Assembly: GCA_035499635.1 (NCBI GenBank) | Contig: DATJYI010000141.1 | Coordinates: forward strand, 1-28,192 | DNA length: 28,192 nt | DNA from: Nitrospiria bacterium | Lineage (GTDB): Bacteria; Nitrospirota; Nitrospiria; JACQCE01 | Direction: 5' to 3' | In this document: in pieces, positions 27,779-28,192 of the stretch | Numbering within the stretch: position 1 is the stretch's first letter | Layout of the letters: each line of letters begins with the position of its first letter | The notes under the pieces: model-generated | The model's input: only the letters and a program-made list of their open reading frames with translations | Told to the model about the DNA's origin: nothing | Database searches by the model: none | Translations under genes and position numbers: made by a program

Positions 27779-28192
27779 ATGGCGCGGCCGGCCGCGGATC
27801 GGAGCAGGGTCGTTCGGGGTGTGGCGCCTCTCGTCGTGGCGGGACTCGTATGGGGTGGCGTGTGGGGGCTGATCGGCGGCCTGGCTCTCTGTAATCAGGC
27901 TGCGGCCGGGGAGCGTCGCGCCACCGCCGACCCGAAACGGGAGCTCCAAGAGCTCAACCGGCAGCTGGACCAGAAGAAGCGGGAGCAGCAGGCGGCCGCT
28001 AAAAAGGAGCGGTCAGTGCTCGGAGAACTGGAGGGGTTGGACCATCGCATTCACCTGCGCCGCCGTCAAATGGCCATTTTGGACCAGCAGATCAGTGAGC
28101 AGAGCCAGACGGTCACGCAGCTCAGCGGCCAGGTCGCGACATTGGAGCGCAGCATGGCCGCACTCCGTCAGTCGGTGGCGGCCCGCTTACGG
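27779..28192 (+). CDS. envC: EnvC-like murein hydrolase activator, partial (runs off the right edge)
   Basis: ATG 4 bp after ftsX; signal/TM segment then long coiled coil (ELQELNRQLDQKKREQQ...LEGLDHRI...); M23 domain not in window, so the call rests on synteny. Confidence 0.65.
   Translation, partial: MARPAADRSRVVRGVAPLVVAGLVWGGVWGLIGGLALCNQAAAGERRATADPKRELQELNRQLDQKKREQQAAAKKERSVLGELEGLDHRIHLRRRQMAILDQQISEQSQTVTQLSGQVATLERSMAALRQSVAARLR

Overview
28.2 kb of a high-GC diderm bacterial chromosome, mostly housekeeping and carbon-storage genes. Left arm (minus strand): exported hypothetical (partial), stand-alone groES, double-CDGSH Fe-S protein, two small membrane proteins, an atypical SDR, an outer-membrane beta-barrel, a membrane protein, a TPR protein and an unannotated 36-aa lipoprotein. 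Middle: mscS, then a convergent glgB-glgX-malQ-treZ operon preceded by a decayed maltokinase-like remnant, and a divergent glgA. Right arm: zincin, lgt, RNase D, archaeal-type PEP carboxylase (ppcA) and ffh-rpsP-trmD-rplS-rnhB-yraN-ftsE-ftsX-envC-like (rimM absent). No rRNA, tRNA, CRISPR array or intact transposase was found. The most unusual signal is non-coding: a hairpin-rich element of about 270 bp occurs twice (4544-4811, 14926-15186) with conserved blocks separated by swapped hairpin modules, its core recurs a third time before ppcA, and a 114-bp IS200/IS605-type mini-element sits on the ppcA stop codon. Protein family calls come from motif recognition, not database searches.
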